DNA of 61,400 bases, filler included, from Deltaproteobacteria bacterium (GTDB lineage: Bacteria > JACQOV01), in assembly GCA_016202395.1 (NCBI GenBank). It is 3 parts of 3 records of this genome, joined end to end, with 100 filler letters (N's around TTAATTAATTAA, not from the genome) between each part and the next. Parts side by side here need not be neighbours in the genome. Positions count along the whole stretch, not along the records: positions 1 to 30,381 come from JACQOV010000033.1; 2 more parts are not named here. One strand, 5' to 3'. Both the position numbers and the translations under genes were made by a program. The notes under the pieces are model-generated. The model was not told the DNA's origin and did no database searches. It saw only the letters and a program-made list of their open reading frames with translations. Positions 17,801 to 29,472 of this stretch are shown piece after piece. The number at the start of each line of letters is the position of its first letter. Positions within the stretch are counted from its first letter, which is position 1.

Positions 17801-18466
17801 GCCATACAAGAACACAGTGATCTGGGTTCTAGCTTTAAACTCGCCATGGAGGACCTCGACATCCGGGGAGCAGGCCATCTCTTAGGAGAGACCCAATCGG
17901 GACACATTGCCGTTCTCGGCTATGAGCTCTATCAACAGATGCTAGAGAAAGCCCTCTCTGAACTTAAAGGGGAAACATTAGAGCACGAAGAGATGGAACC
18001 CGAGATTCAGCTCAAGGTTCCGGCCTACATTCCCGAAGCGTTCATCCCTGAGGTTAGTGAGCGGCTCTCGCTCTACAAACGCCTCTCCGGCCTGTTAACT
18101 TCTGAAGAGATTGCTCTATGCCAAGAGGAATTGGAAGATCGCTATGGTCCACTGCCTCCCCCTTTCCAGAACCTGATGCGGGTCCTTACGATTAAAACAA
18201 TCCTTCGTCCTCTTCGAATCCAGAAGATCGAGTTCCATCGGAATCAGATCTCGTATCTCTTTGATCCGAAAACCCCTCTTCATTCGGAGGTCCTGTTGCG
18301 GCAGCTTCATCAAAATAAAACCCAATTCCGGTTTGTCTCCAGTCACCAATTGGTTACTTCGGCCCGAAACCAGATCGGGATTGCGATACTGGGAGAAGTT
18401 GAAAACCAACTCGAGAAATGGCTTTCTTTGTTAGAGAAGGAGGAATCCCTTGAAAAACGGACTTAA
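14897..18466 (+). CDS. mfd: Transcription-repair coupling factor
   Basis: UvrB-homology region, CarD/RID (GDLVVHLEHGIG), helicase motifs GEVGYGKT, DEEH, TATPIPRTL, QLRGRVGR, TRCF domain; start approximate. Confidence 0.97.
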   Translation: MTLASAKSVVETKTENLLQTVRERLDRGERELHWVGLKGGALAYLLSKLIVEQRLPCVVLTSSSQRASELFDEAHFFLQGIEEIKPLFFPSRRSKPFYLSPPSLPRFEQRAETLLALSLQQKIPILFTSIHGLIEKTLPRKEFQSLIQPVSLGDSIDREILSEALHQRGYTRTSLVQGKGEFSVKGGIVDYFPIGASLPIRIEFGEERIESLRSFDPKTQRSLTSVEEVTLAPRTEFVWGSAQQDRLKHKLKERADEIGFPKPTRDSLMSEMENPNFSPQIPPLLPFFQDSLANLLDYLSPTTQWILEDPIDLDREWERLKNEMAENYRLASESLLLPAPEKIFSSFEEIKRDLQSYPKIFVDKIDLYQVESHFGETLYFQCRDHKGLRKEMSEHRDQGLAPLVQQLREWSSEGIQTFIVGHTEERLNQLAPLLQGHGLPTHLRTHSPHPSPSPLWEEGKGKGITLIPGNLKEGFVLIDERISILTEEEIFGSRPHPPSTRSGRQAFLNTFSQLKMGDLVVHLEHGIGAYQGLQHLVVDGIPNDFLLIGYANNDRLYLPVDRLRLLQKHIGAGGKKLKLDRLGGEQWERTQAKVARSVQEVAKDLVELYATRCQVRGHAYSPRDPLFQEFEASFPYEETPDQQTAIEDVLTDMGSEKPMDRLLCGEVGYGKTEVATRAAFRAASDGKQVAFLVPTTILAQQHYRTFIERLQGLPVRVEVLNRFVPNRKQKEILQDLKLGRIDILIGTQRILQKDVIFRDLGALILDEEHRFGVRDKEKIKQLKKSIDVLAMTATPIPRTLQLSLIGARDLSVINTPPIGRQPIETFLVPDNDKMIQEGILKELERKGQIFFVHNRIETLTETANRLKQLIPQLRIGVAHGQMSSQQLEKVIIDFIDQRTDCLVCTSIIGSGIDIPSANTLFIDRADRFGLSDLHQLRGRVGRSSEKAYAYLLVPTSLILTPEAQKRLQAIQEHSDLGSSFKLAMEDLDIRGAGHLLGETQSGHIAVLGYELYQQMLEKALSELKGETLEHEEMEPEIQLKVPAYIPEAFIPEVSERLSLYKRLSGLLTSEEIALCQEELEDRYGPLPPPFQNLMRVLTIKTILRPLRIQKIEFHRNQISYLFDPKTPLHSEVLLRQLHQNKTQFRFVSSHQLVTSARNQIGIAILGEVENQLEKWLSLLEKEESLEKRT
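16236..16285. repeat. Degenerate CCTCACCC/CCCTCTCCC palindromic element in frame inside mfd
   Basis: ctcctcacccttccccctctccc-ttat-gggaagagggaaagggtaagggg; encodes SPHPSPSPLWEEGKGKG. Confidence 0.8.
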
Positions 18467-19283
18467 TTTTTTCCCAATTCTTCTATTGATCTTGGCTCAA
18501 TGCCCCTCTGAAAAAGAGCCTTCGGGATCCGAAACCTTAGTCACTTTTAGAGGAGGAAAGATCACACAAGAAGAATTCCAGCAGGAGCTAGGACTTCTCT
18601 CCCCTGATCAACGCCTCTTCTTTCAATCACCGGAGGGAAGGCGTCAGTTTCTGGAACGCCTCATCGATCGAAAACTTTTAGTCCAAGCCTCTGTCAAAAG
18701 AGGGATCCCGGATGAGATCAAGGTGCAAAAGCGAATCGATCAGTGTCGTGAAGAGATTTTAACGGAGGAGTTTTTAAAACGGTCTCTTTCGGAATCGGAG
18801 ATGCTCACCGATGCGATGGTTCAGGAATACTACGAAACCCATCTCGATGAATTTAGGAATTCCGACAAGATCCTGGCGCGACAGATTGTGGTCAGCAATC
18901 GGGCCCAAGCAGAACAGCTTCTTTCACGAATCCAAAATGGGGCCGATTTTTCATTAATGGCCCGCCAGTTCTCCATCGATCCTTCCACCCGAACTCGAGG
19001 GGGAGAGATGGATCCCATAGCGCGAGGGCAACTGGAATCTCGACTTGAAGAAGCGACCTTCTCTCTCACAGTTCCTGGAGAAGTGAGCGACATCGTGACA
19101 AGCCCTTTCGGATACCATATCTTTCAATTGATCTCCCGAGAAGAAGGGGAAACTCTCCCATTAGAGGAAGTCCGCTCTGAAATCGAGCAACGATTAAGGG
19201 GAGAGCAGGGAGACAATCATTATGAAAAAATGATCGAGCGACTTCGCCAGGAGGCCAAAGTAGAATATGCCCAGGGGCTTTAA
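18450..19283 (+). CDS. Parvulin-type peptidyl-prolyl isomerase (PrsA-like), probably exported
   Basis: N-terminal hydrophobic segment plus Cys; ARQIVV, FSLMARQFSID, GGEM, SPFGYHIF. Confidence 0.88.
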   Translation: MKNGLNFFPILLLILAQCPSEKEPSGSETLVTFRGGKITQEEFQQELGLLSPDQRLFFQSPEGRRQFLERLIDRKLLVQASVKRGIPDEIKVQKRIDQCREEILTEEFLKRSLSESEMLTDAMVQEYYETHLDEFRNSDKILARQIVVSNRAQAEQLLSRIQNGADFSLMARQFSIDPSTRTRGGEMDPIARGQLESRLEEATFSLTVPGEVSDIVTSPFGYHIFQLISREEGETLPLEEVRSEIEQRLRGEQGDNHYEKMIERLRQEAKVEYAQGL

Positions 19284-20178
19284 ATTTTTTCCGTTAATCT
19301 TTTTCTGCCTGCTAATCCTTTTTGGGGTGACAGCATGTCACCGTGAAAAGGACTTTCTCCTGGCAACGGTCAATGGGGAATCGATCCGGAAGAGCGACAT
19401 TGTTCCTGAAGAGATCCCAATCCAAACGGTGGAGCTTTCAGAACAAACGGAATGGCTAGCGGAAAGAAAGCAACTCCTCAAAAATCTCCTCGATCAGGAG
19501 ATCGATCAGGTCCTTCTCATTCAAGAGGCTCACCGACTGAAGATCTCTCCTTCCCCACAAGAGATTGACCACTACATTCAATCTCTCAAGGCTGGAAAAC
19601 CCAAGGAGAAAACGACCTCGTGGAGATCGGAAGCGATCCACCAAGCAACCATTGCCGCTCTTCTGGACAATGTCCTCTACAAAAACGATAAGCCGGACCT
19701 CGAGGATTTTCGAAAATACTATCAAGAGCATCCCGAGAGATTTCAAAAACCTGAACAGATTCGCCTGCGCCAGATCGTTCTTTCTTCCTACGAACAAGCG
19801 GTTCAGATTAAACAGCGGATCTTAACAGGAGAAAACTTTGAGAGGCTCGCCCGCGAGTTCTCTGTAGGGCCGGAGGCTGCCCACGGAGGGGACATGGGAT
19901 ATTTTTCCAAAGGAGAGCTGCCGCTAGAGATTGAAAAGGAGTGTTTCAATCTCCCCACCGAGGCATTGAGCCCTATCGTTTCCACCTCTTACGGTTACCA
20001 TCTTTTTCGAGTGGAAAAGCGCTATCCTGCGGGACTGGCTCCTTTGGATTCGGTCTTGCCAGAGATCATGGAGATCCTCTATAACGAATTGGATGAGCGA
20101 ACGGAGCTCCTCCTAGAAAGGCTGAGAGAACGTGCTAAGATTGTTATTTATGAAAAGAATCTGGATGAAATTTTGTAG
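19267..20178 (+). CDS. Parvulin-type peptidyl-prolyl isomerase, lipoprotein
   Basis: Lipobox VTAC; ATVNGE; FERLAREFS..GGDMG; SYGYHLF. Confidence 0.88.
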   Translation: MPRGFKFFPLIFFCLLILFGVTACHREKDFLLATVNGESIRKSDIVPEEIPIQTVELSEQTEWLAERKQLLKNLLDQEIDQVLLIQEAHRLKISPSPQEIDHYIQSLKAGKPKEKTTSWRSEAIHQATIAALLDNVLYKNDKPDLEDFRKYYQEHPERFQKPEQIRLRQIVLSSYEQAVQIKQRILTGENFERLAREFSVGPEAAHGGDMGYFSKGELPLEIEKECFNLPTEALSPIVSTSYGYHLFRVEKRYPAGLAPLDSVLPEIMEILYNELDERTELLLERLRERAKIVIYEKNLDEIL

Positions 20179-21088
20179 TTTAGCGGGAATCCTTTGGATC
20201 TCGAATTTGGCTTGGGGAGCTCCCATCGTGGATCGAGTGGTTGCGGTCGTCAACAAAGAGCCGATTACCCTTTGGAACTTGGAACGATCCAAGCTCTTTA
20301 CAGAGCTTCAAAGGGAGTTGTCCGGCTATTCTGAAATGGAAGCTGTTTCTTCCGATCCCCAGATATTGCTGGAATCGCTCATCGAAGAGATCCTCCTCAA
20401 TCAGCAGGCCCAAACAGAGAAGATCGAGATCCGCTCCGAAGAAATTGAACAAGCCATGAATCAACTCCTAGAACAAAAAGAGTGGAAGAGAGAGGACCTC
20501 CAAAAACTTTTAGATTCAAAAGGATTCTCAGAGGAAGAGTATCGCCACTCCGTTGAAAAACAGATCGCCCGTTACCGACTCGTTTCAAGTCACGTGCGGG
20601 CGGAGGTTCAAGTCGATGAAACGGACCTCCAGGAGTACTATCGAATTCACAAAAAAGAGTTTTCAAAAGGTGAAAAATGGCACCTTCAGCAAATCTTGTT
20701 GAAAGATGAAAAAGAAGGATGGCCCCAGGCCCAATCGATTCATCGAGAGATCTCTCAAGGAAAGGACTTTGCAGAACTGGCCCAACAATATTCCATCGGA
20801 CCGGGGCGTGAGGCAGGAGGAGACTTAGGATGGGTGAGAGGAGAAGACCTGTTGCCGGAGTTGAGAGAAAAAGTGGAAGGATTAAGACCGGGAGAGATTA
20901 GCAAACCGTTTCGGACCTCCGCAGGGATCCATATCGTTCGGCTAATCCAGCGAGTCCCCGATGAACCGATCCCTTTCCCGGAGGTGAAACGAAAGATTCA
21001 AGAACAGCTCTTCCAAGAAAAGAGCCAGCAGGCCATGGAACGTTACATCGACTCTTTAAAAGCAACCGCTACCATCGAGCGCCGATGA
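20165..21088 (+). CDS. surA: SurA-like chaperone/PPIase
   Basis: DRVVAVVNKEPITL N-domain; FAELAQQYS..GGDLGW; GIHIV; directly upstream of pdxA; start 20150 or 20165. Confidence 0.82.
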   Translation: MKFCSLAGILWISNLAWGAPIVDRVVAVVNKEPITLWNLERSKLFTELQRELSGYSEMEAVSSDPQILLESLIEEILLNQQAQTEKIEIRSEEIEQAMNQLLEQKEWKREDLQKLLDSKGFSEEEYRHSVEKQIARYRLVSSHVRAEVQVDETDLQEYYRIHKKEFSKGEKWHLQQILLKDEKEGWPQAQSIHREISQGKDFAELAQQYSIGPGREAGGDLGWVRGEDLLPELREKVEGLRPGEISKPFRTSAGIHIVRLIQRVPDEPIPFPEVKRKIQEQLFQEKSQQAMERYIDSLKATATIERR

Positions 21089-22038
21089 AGACACCTCGTA
21101 TTGCCATCACGATGGGGGATCCTCGGGGGATCGGCCCAGAGATCATCGCTGCTTTGATGGCAAATCCACAACGACTCCCGAAAGGGATCTACCTTGTGTT
21201 GGGAGACGATCAGATCCTCTCGGGCAGAGGCGCTCAAAAAACCGATCGATCTCCCACAAAACCCGGATTCTATATTTTACCGGTCACCTCCTATGCCCCA
21301 AAATCCCTTTCCCCCCAAAAGGCTGCTCAGGCCTCATTCCTCTATATCCAGAAAGCGGCCGACCTGGCTTTGGATGGCGGGGCAGACGCCATAGTAACCG
21401 GCCCTGTGGATAAAAAGGCGATCACCGCCTCAGGGCAGAAATTCTCAGGCCATACCGAGTACCTGGCAGGGCGGAGTGGAAGCAAAGAGGTCACCATGAT
21501 GTTTGTGGGACCTCGATTAAAAGTTTCATTGGTGACCCTCCATATCCCTCACCATCGAGTCGCTCAAGAGCTGGATCGGTCGAAAATCCTTAAAACTGCA
21601 AGACAAACCTTGGAGGCTCTTCAAACCTATTTCAAGATCCGAAAACCCAAGCTGGCGTTGGCCGCTCTTAATCCTCATGCGGGGGAAGGAGGGCTCACAG
21701 GGAAAGAAGAAAAGGAGATCCTGATGCCAGCGGTTGCGCAAGCCCAAGCTCATGGGATCAATCTCCAAGGCCCCTTCCCTGCCGACACCTTATTTCATCG
21801 TGCGGTCCAGGGAGAGTTTGATGCGGTGATTTCTCTGTATCATGACCAAGCTTTGATTCCGGCGAAGCTTCTTGATTTTGAAAAAACGGTTAATGTCACT
21901 TTGGGATTGCCTTTTATTCGAACCTCGGTGGATCATGGAGTGGCCTACGACATCGCGGGACGCGGCATTGCTTCCTCCGAAAGCATGTTCGCCGCCCTCC
22001 GCCTCGCCGTGAAAATGGCTAAAACGAAAGGGAGGTAG
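21085..22038 (+). CDS. pdxA: 4-hydroxythreonine-4-phosphate dehydrogenase
   Basis: TMGDPRGIGPE, GHTEYLA, LNPHAGE, GPFPADT, YHDQ, RTSVDHGVAYDIAG. Confidence 0.97.
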   Translation: MKTPRIAITMGDPRGIGPEIIAALMANPQRLPKGIYLVLGDDQILSGRGAQKTDRSPTKPGFYILPVTSYAPKSLSPQKAAQASFLYIQKAADLALDGGADAIVTGPVDKKAITASGQKFSGHTEYLAGRSGSKEVTMMFVGPRLKVSLVTLHIPHHRVAQELDRSKILKTARQTLEALQTYFKIRKPKLALAALNPHAGEGGLTGKEEKEILMPAVAQAQAHGINLQGPFPADTLFHRAVQGEFDAVISLYHDQALIPAKLLDFEKTVNVTLGLPFIRTSVDHGVAYDIAGRGIASSESMFAALRLAVKMAKTKGR

Positions 22039-22211
22039 GTCTCTGAACTCGCTAGTGTAGTGTCCCATTAATCTCTTTACAGTCGTCATCCCCGTGCAAA
22101 CGGGGATCCAGTCCTTTCGATAGGCTGGATTCCCGCTTTCGCGGGAATGACGATCATCGTAAAGAAGTGTTGGTTACACTACACTAGCGAGTTCAGAGAT
22201 CTACCTCCCTT
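22028..22211. mobile_element. Nested palindromic element: 36-bp outer IR enclosing a REP-like doublet
   Basis: AAGGGAGGTAGGTCTCTGAACTCGCTAGTGTAGTGT (22028-22063) versus 22176-22211, one mismatch; inner GTCATCCCCG..CGGGGATCCAG (22085-22111) and CTGGATTCCCGC..GCGGGAATGAC (22125-22151). Confidence 0.8.
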
Positions 22212-22229
22212 GGACGACTGCCCTAAAAC

Positions 22230-24737
22230 ATGGACAAAATAGTAATTAGAGGCGCTAAAGAACACAACCTCAAAGAGATCAACCTTGAGATCCCACGAGA
22301 TCAACTTGTCGTGATCACAGGGGTCTCAGGATCAGGAAAATCGTCGCTCGCCTTTGACACCCTCTACGCCGAAGGACAACGACGCTACGTCGAATCCCTC
22401 TCAGCCTACGCGCGCCAGTTCTTAGAACAGATGGACAAACCTGACGTCCAATCGATCGAGGGACTCTCCCCCGCCATCTCGATCGAACAGAAAACAACCA
22501 GCCGCAATCCTCGATCGACAGTGGCAACCGTCACCGAAATCTACGATTATCTCCGTCTCCTCTATGCCCGTCTTGGAGTCCCTCATTGTCCCGAATGCAG
22601 AAGAAAAATCTTTTCACAGTCCCCCTCGCAAATCATCCAGCAATTGCTGGAGTTCTCAGAAGGGACCAAACTTCGGATCTTAGCGCCAATGGTTCGAGGT
22701 CGAAAAGGGGAATATCGCAAGGAGCTTGAGAAATGGCAACGAGCCGGATTCGTTCGCGTCTCGATCGATGGAGAGGTCCAAGAAATCTCCGAAGAGATCC
22801 ATCTCGAAAAAACCAAGAAGCACGATATCTCGCTGGTAATCGATCGTCTCATTCTGAGAAAAGGGATCGAGAAGAGGCTCGCGGACTCCGTAGAAACGGC
22901 GCTCCGGATGAGTGAAGGGGTCTTGCAAGTTCAGATTGTTGACGGTGAAGAGCTGTTTTTTAGCGAGCAGTTTGCCTGTGTTTATTGTGGCGTGAGTCTG
23001 CCCGAACTGAGCCCTCGCCTCTTTTCCTTTAATAGCCCCTATGGGGCTTGCTCTAACTGTGACGGACTGGGAGTCCTCCACACTGGGGACCCCAACGAAA
23101 AAGAGCCTTCAGAGCCTCTCCCCCTGTTGATTTGTGACACTTGTCACGGATCCCGCCTTCGCAAAGAGGCGTTGTCCGTTCTTTTTCGGGATCGATCGAT
23201 TATGGATCTCTGCCAACTTTCGATTGCTGGGGCACTTGAGCTTTTTAAAAATCTCTCTCTCACTCCTCGAGAAGAAGAGATCGGAAAACGGATCTTTAAA
23301 GAGATCACCGATCGATTGCTCTTCCTCAAAAACGTAGGACTCGATTACCTTACCTTAGATCGTTCCGCCACCACTCTCTCTGGAGGAGAAGGACAACGGA
23401 TTCGACTGGCGACTCAGATTGGATCGTCACTCACTGGCGTTCTCTACATCTTAGATGAGCCGAGCATCGGACTCCACCATCGAGACAACCGACGATTGAT
23501 CGATACGCTCAAACGCCTGCGAAACATGGGGAATACGGTGTTAGTCGTGGAGCATGATGAGGAAACAATACGGAATGCCGATCATCTCATCGAAATGGGA
23601 CCTGGCGCCGGTTTTCATGGAGGAGAGGTCGTTGCCCAAGGAACGCTGGAGGAGTTCTGTAAAAACCCACGCTCGCTCACAGGCCAATATCTTTCAGGAA
23701 AGCGATCCATCCCCATCCCTGCGAGGCGCCGGAGCGGAAACGGTAAAAAACTGAGAATCTCGGGGGCCCGTGGAAATAACTTAAAGAACCTCAATGTCTC
23801 GATCCCTTTGGGAATCTTTACCTGCGTGACCGGTGTGTCGGGCTCAGGGAAAAGCACCTTGGTTGTGGACACACTCTACCGCGCGCTCGCCCAAAAACTC
23901 TATCGCTGCCCGATTGAACCCCTTCCCTTCGACCGGATCGAAGGGATCGAGCAGGTGGATAAAGTGATCGACATCGATCAGTCCCCCATCGGTCGAACTC
24001 CTCGGTCCAATCCTGTCACCTACACCGGGGCTTTCACACCGATTCGAGAGCTCTTCGCTCAACTCCCTGAAGCTCGCGCTCGAGGTTACGGCGCTGGAAG
24101 ATTCAGCTTCAACGTAAAAGGGGGACGCTGCGAAACGTGCCAAGGAGGAGGCCAACTCAAGATCGAGATGCATTTTCTTCCCGATGTCCACGTCACCTGC
24201 GACGCCTGCCAAGGGCTCCGTTACAACCGAGAAACTCTCGATATTCTCTACAAAGGGAAAAACATCGCTGAGGTGTTGAAAATGACCGTCGAAGAGGCCT
24301 CCCCATTCTTTGAGCGGGTTCCCATGGTGCGGCAAAAACTCCAGACCTTAAACGAGGTCGGCCTTGGATACATCGAACTGGGGCAAGCAGCCACCACTCT
24401 CTCTGGAGGCGAGGCTCAACGGATTAAACTCGCCAAAGACCTTTCAAAACGTTCTACAGGGAGTACGCTCTACATCCTGGATGAACCGACGACGGGGCTT
24501 CACTTCGCAGACATCGAAAAGCTTCTTGATGTTCTTAACCGGATCGTGGACACGGGAAACACGGTGGTGGTCATTGAACATCAACTGGACGTCATCCAAT
24601 CGGCCGATTACCTCATCGACCTGGGTCCTGAAGGGGGAGAGGCTGGAGGAGAGCTCGTCGCTTGCGGCGCTCCCGAAGAGGTGACCCGGATTCCCCATTC
24701 TTACACCGGCCAAGCCTTGAAAGAAACCCAACAATGA
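22230..24737 (+). CDS. uvrA: Excinuclease ABC subunit A (short variant)
   Basis: Two Walker A motifs [13 protein letters not shown] signatures, zinc fingers, UvrB-binding region present. Confidence 0.97.
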   Translation: MDKIVIRGAKEHNLKEINLEIPRDQLVVITGVSGSGKSSLAFDTLYAEGQRRYVESLSAYARQFLEQMDKPDVQSIEGLSPAISIEQKTTSRNPRSTVATVTEIYDYLRLLYARLGVPHCPECRRKIFSQSPSQIIQQLLEFSEGTKLRILAPMVRGRKGEYRKELEKWQRAGFVRVSIDGEVQEISEEIHLEKTKKHDISLVIDRLILRKGIEKRLADSVETALRMSEGVLQVQIVDGEELFFSEQFACVYCGVSLPELSPRLFSFNSPYGACSNCDGLGVLHTGDPNEKEPSEPLPLLICDTCHGSRLRKEALSVLFRDRSIMDLCQLSIAGALELFKNLSLTPREEEIGKRIFKEITDRLLFLKNVGLDYLTLDRSATTLSGGEGQRIRLATQIGSSLTGVLYILDEPSIGLHHRDNRRLIDTLKRLRNMGNTVLVVEHDEETIRNADHLIEMGPGAGFHGGEVVAQGTLEEFCKNPRSLTGQYLSGKRSIPIPARRRSGNGKKLRISGARGNNLKNLNVSIPLGIFTCVTGVSGSGKSTLVVDTLYRALAQKLYRCPIEPLPFDRIEGIEQVDKVIDIDQSPIGRTPRSNPVTYTGAFTPIRELFAQLPEARARGYGAGRFSFNVKGGRCETCQGGGQLKIEMHFLPDVHVTCDACQGLRYNRETLDILYKGKNIAEVLKMTVEEASPFFERVPMVRQKLQTLNEVGLGYIELGQAATTLSGGEAQRIKLAKDLSKRSTGSTLYILDEPTTGLHFADIEKLLDVLNRIVDTGNTVVVIEHQLDVIQSADYLIDLGPEGGEAGGELVACGAPEEVTRIPHSYTGQALKETQQ

Positions 24738-25762
24738 ATCTCGATCTTTTCGATTATTCGCTTCCCAAAGAGTGGATTGCTCAAGAACCCCTACCGGAAC
24801 GGGATCAATCGAGACTTCTCGTTCTGGATCGTAAAACGGGAAAGCGGGAGCATCGGTACTTCCGCGATCTTTTGGGCCATCTCGAATCTGGAGATTTGAT
24901 CGTTTTGAACGACACAAAAGTCGTTCCGGCGCGACTCTACGCTCAATCGGAAAAGGGGGTGCGTTTTGAGGTGTTCTTCTTGGAATATGAGAACGAAGTT
25001 GGCCACTGCCTCATCCAACCTTCGCGAAAGATAAAACCTCACGCTTTACTACAACTCCCCGGCTCCGAAAAAATCCGTGTTCTTGAATCGATCGGTGAAG
25101 GAGAATGGAAAGTGAAGACCGAGGCGGGTGAAACGGTTGAATCGCTCCTTGAAAAACAGGGCGAGACCCCCCTTCCCCCTTACATCGAACGCCCCAAAGG
25201 CCCCAGTTGCATCGATCGAGAACGCTACCAAACCGTCTTTGCCCAAAAAGCGGGGGCCGTAGCGGCTCCAACCGCTGGACTCCACTTTACCAAAGAGATC
25301 TTACAACAATGCCACCGTCAAGGAATTGCCATCGCTACGATCACTCTCCATGTGGGGATTGGAACCTTTCTCCCTTTACGAAATGCGGAGATCAGAAAAA
25401 ACAAACTCCGGCCAGAGCGTTTCGAGATTCCACAAGGGACCGCAAAAGCCATTTTGAAAACCAAAAAAGAGAAAAGAAAAGTCATCGCCGTTGGGACCAC
25501 GGTCGCACGAACATTAGAAAGTCAAGCGATCGGTGGTCCAGAGATTCGGGCGGGAGTTGGATCCACAGATCTGTTTATTACCCCTGGATTTCAGTTCCAA
25601 ATCATCGATGGTTTGATCACCAACTTTCATCTTCCACGATCAAGCTTACTCTTACTCGTTTCAGCCTTTGCTGGGAGAGAACAGGTATTGGAGATTTATC
25701 GAGAGGCCATCGAAAAACAGTATCGATTTTACAGTTATGGCGACGCTATGCTAATTCTATAA
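24734..25762 (+). CDS. queA: S-adenosylmethionine:tRNA ribosyltransferase-isomerase
   Basis: [51 protein letters not shown]. Confidence 0.97.
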   Translation: MNLDLFDYSLPKEWIAQEPLPERDQSRLLVLDRKTGKREHRYFRDLLGHLESGDLIVLNDTKVVPARLYAQSEKGVRFEVFFLEYENEVGHCLIQPSRKIKPHALLQLPGSEKIRVLESIGEGEWKVKTEAGETVESLLEKQGETPLPPYIERPKGPSCIDRERYQTVFAQKAGAVAAPTAGLHFTKEILQQCHRQGIAIATITLHVGIGTFLPLRNAEIRKNKLRPERFEIPQGTAKAILKTKKEKRKVIAVGTTVARTLESQAIGGPEIRAGVGSTDLFITPGFQFQIIDGLITNFHLPRSSLLLLVSAFAGREQVLEIYREAIEKQYRFYSYGDAMLIL

Positions 25763-25780
25763 TAATGATGCTATTGTGAG

Positions 25781-27776
<1,996 letters not shown>

Positions 27777-27797
27777 CCTTTCAGAGATAACTACCTT

Positions 27798-29471
27798 ATG
27801 AAAAGTTTCGGCGGGAGAGCCATTGTCATCGCTGCTGTATTTTTGGGGATCACTGTTTTCTTCGTCCCAATCTTTGTGAAGAACCTCCCCTCTTGGTGGA
27901 AAAACGTCCTCCCCTCCGAAGGGCTCCGTTTGGGGCTCGATCTTCAAGGAGGAGTACATCTGGTGCTCGAAGTCGATGTTCAAAAGGCGGTTGAGATTCA
28001 GAGAGATCGAGCCATAGAAAACATTAAAGAAAAGTTCCAAGCAGAGAAGGTGGAGATGATTTCCATCCATCTGATTGATGAAAAGTCCTTTGGTATCCAA
28101 CTGGCTCAAGAGGATCAAACCGCGCAGGTTGAAGAGATCATCCAGAAAGAGTTTCCAAACCTAACGCTGCCCATCACCGATTCGATCGATATCGATACAG
28201 TGATCGTCTCTTTTAATGAGCCTTACGTGACGTTGGTGAAAGATTCCGCGATTCATCAAGCGATTGACACCATTCGAAATCGGATCGACCAGTTTGGGGT
28301 TGCTGAGCCGATTGTTCAACGACAAGGAACGGATCAGATTGTCATTCAGCTCCCGGGAATGAAAGATCCACGTCGCGCCATCGAGCTGGTGGGACGGACT
28401 GCGCAACTGGAATTTAAGATCGTCGATACCAGCCCTTTCAAATCGGCCTCTCAAATGTATTCGGAATTAGACCAGTGGATCGAAGAGGCGGGGTTGACCT
28501 CTCTCTCCTCCCCTGAAGAGATCTCCAGCGCTCTTCAAGGAAAGATTCCAGAGGGGAGTGAAATCCTATTTTCAAGCGAGGTGGATCCTCGAACCCAACG
28601 GAGAAGTGTCTCCAAACCTTACCTTGTCAAGGCCATTCCAGCCCTTACGGGAGACCTCATTGAAGACGCCGCCGTTCGAATTGGCGGACAATACAACACC
28701 CCCTATGTCTCGATCGACTTTAGCAAAGAAGGGGCTACGATCTTTGAAAAAGTTACGGGGGAAAACGTCGAAAAACAGATGGCCATCGTTCTCGATGGAA
28801 CTGTTTACTCAGCCCCGGTGATTCGAGAGAAGATTGGCGGCGGAAAAGCGGTGATTGAGGGACGGTTTACCACCGATGAAGCTCGAGATCTTGCTATCGT
28901 GCTCCGTTCCGGCGCTCTCCCCGCCCCCGTGACCATCTTGGAGCGAAGGACCGTGGGACCTTCTTTAGGGCAAGATTCGATCCAACAAGGGGTTCGAGCG
29001 ACTCTGATCGGAGCTGCTTCGGTGGTTCTATTTATGGGGATCTACTACCAGGTTTGTGGTTTGATTGCCGATGCAGCCCTTCTCCTAAACCTCTTTTTGA
29101 TTTTAGGCCTGCTCTCGGCTTTTGGAGCCACCCTCACCCTTCCCGGAATCGCCGGGATCGCTTTAACCCTTGGAATGGCCGTGGATGCTAACGTTTTAAT
29201 CAACGAGAGGATTCGAGAAGAGCTCCGCTTAGGAAAAACGCCACGCGCTGCTATCGATGCCGGCTATGATCGCGTCTTCTGGACGATCATGGATTCTAAC
29301 CTCACCACGCTCCTTGCGGGAGTCATCCTGTTCCAGTTCGGCACAGGTCCCATTAAAGGATTTGCAGTCACGTTGAGCATTGGAATTGTAACAACCCTTT
29401 TTACCTCCCTCTTTGTCACTCGATTAATATTCGATGGTTTAAGCCAAAAGTGGAGCACAGTACGGATTTAA
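27798..29471 (+). CDS. secD: Protein translocase subunit SecD
   Basis: LGLDLQGG, RNRIDQFGVAEP, LRSGALPAP, VGPSLG, GMAVDANVLINERIREE. Confidence 0.98.
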   Translation: MKSFGGRAIVIAAVFLGITVFFVPIFVKNLPSWWKNVLPSEGLRLGLDLQGGVHLVLEVDVQKAVEIQRDRAIENIKEKFQAEKVEMISIHLIDEKSFGIQLAQEDQTAQVEEIIQKEFPNLTLPITDSIDIDTVIVSFNEPYVTLVKDSAIHQAIDTIRNRIDQFGVAEPIVQRQGTDQIVIQLPGMKDPRRAIELVGRTAQLEFKIVDTSPFKSASQMYSELDQWIEEAGLTSLSSPEEISSALQGKIPEGSEILFSSEVDPRTQRRSVSKPYLVKAIPALTGDLIEDAAVRIGGQYNTPYVSIDFSKEGATIFEKVTGENVEKQMAIVLDGTVYSAPVIREKIGGGKAVIEGRFTTDEARDLAIVLRSGALPAPVTILERRTVGPSLGQDSIQQGVRATLIGAASVVLFMGIYYQVCGLIADAALLLNLFLILGLLSAFGATLTLPGIAGIALTLGMAVDANVLINERIREELRLGKTPRAAIDAGYDRVFWTIMDSNLTTLLAGVILFQFGTGPIKGFAVTLSIGIVTTLFTSLFVTRLIFDGLSQKWSTVRI

Positions 29472-29472
29472 A

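Noticed and set aside
18450-21088. Three tandem parvulin PPIases as a novel system
   Set aside because: mfd followed by PPIase/SurA genes and pdxA is an ordinary arrangement in this group.
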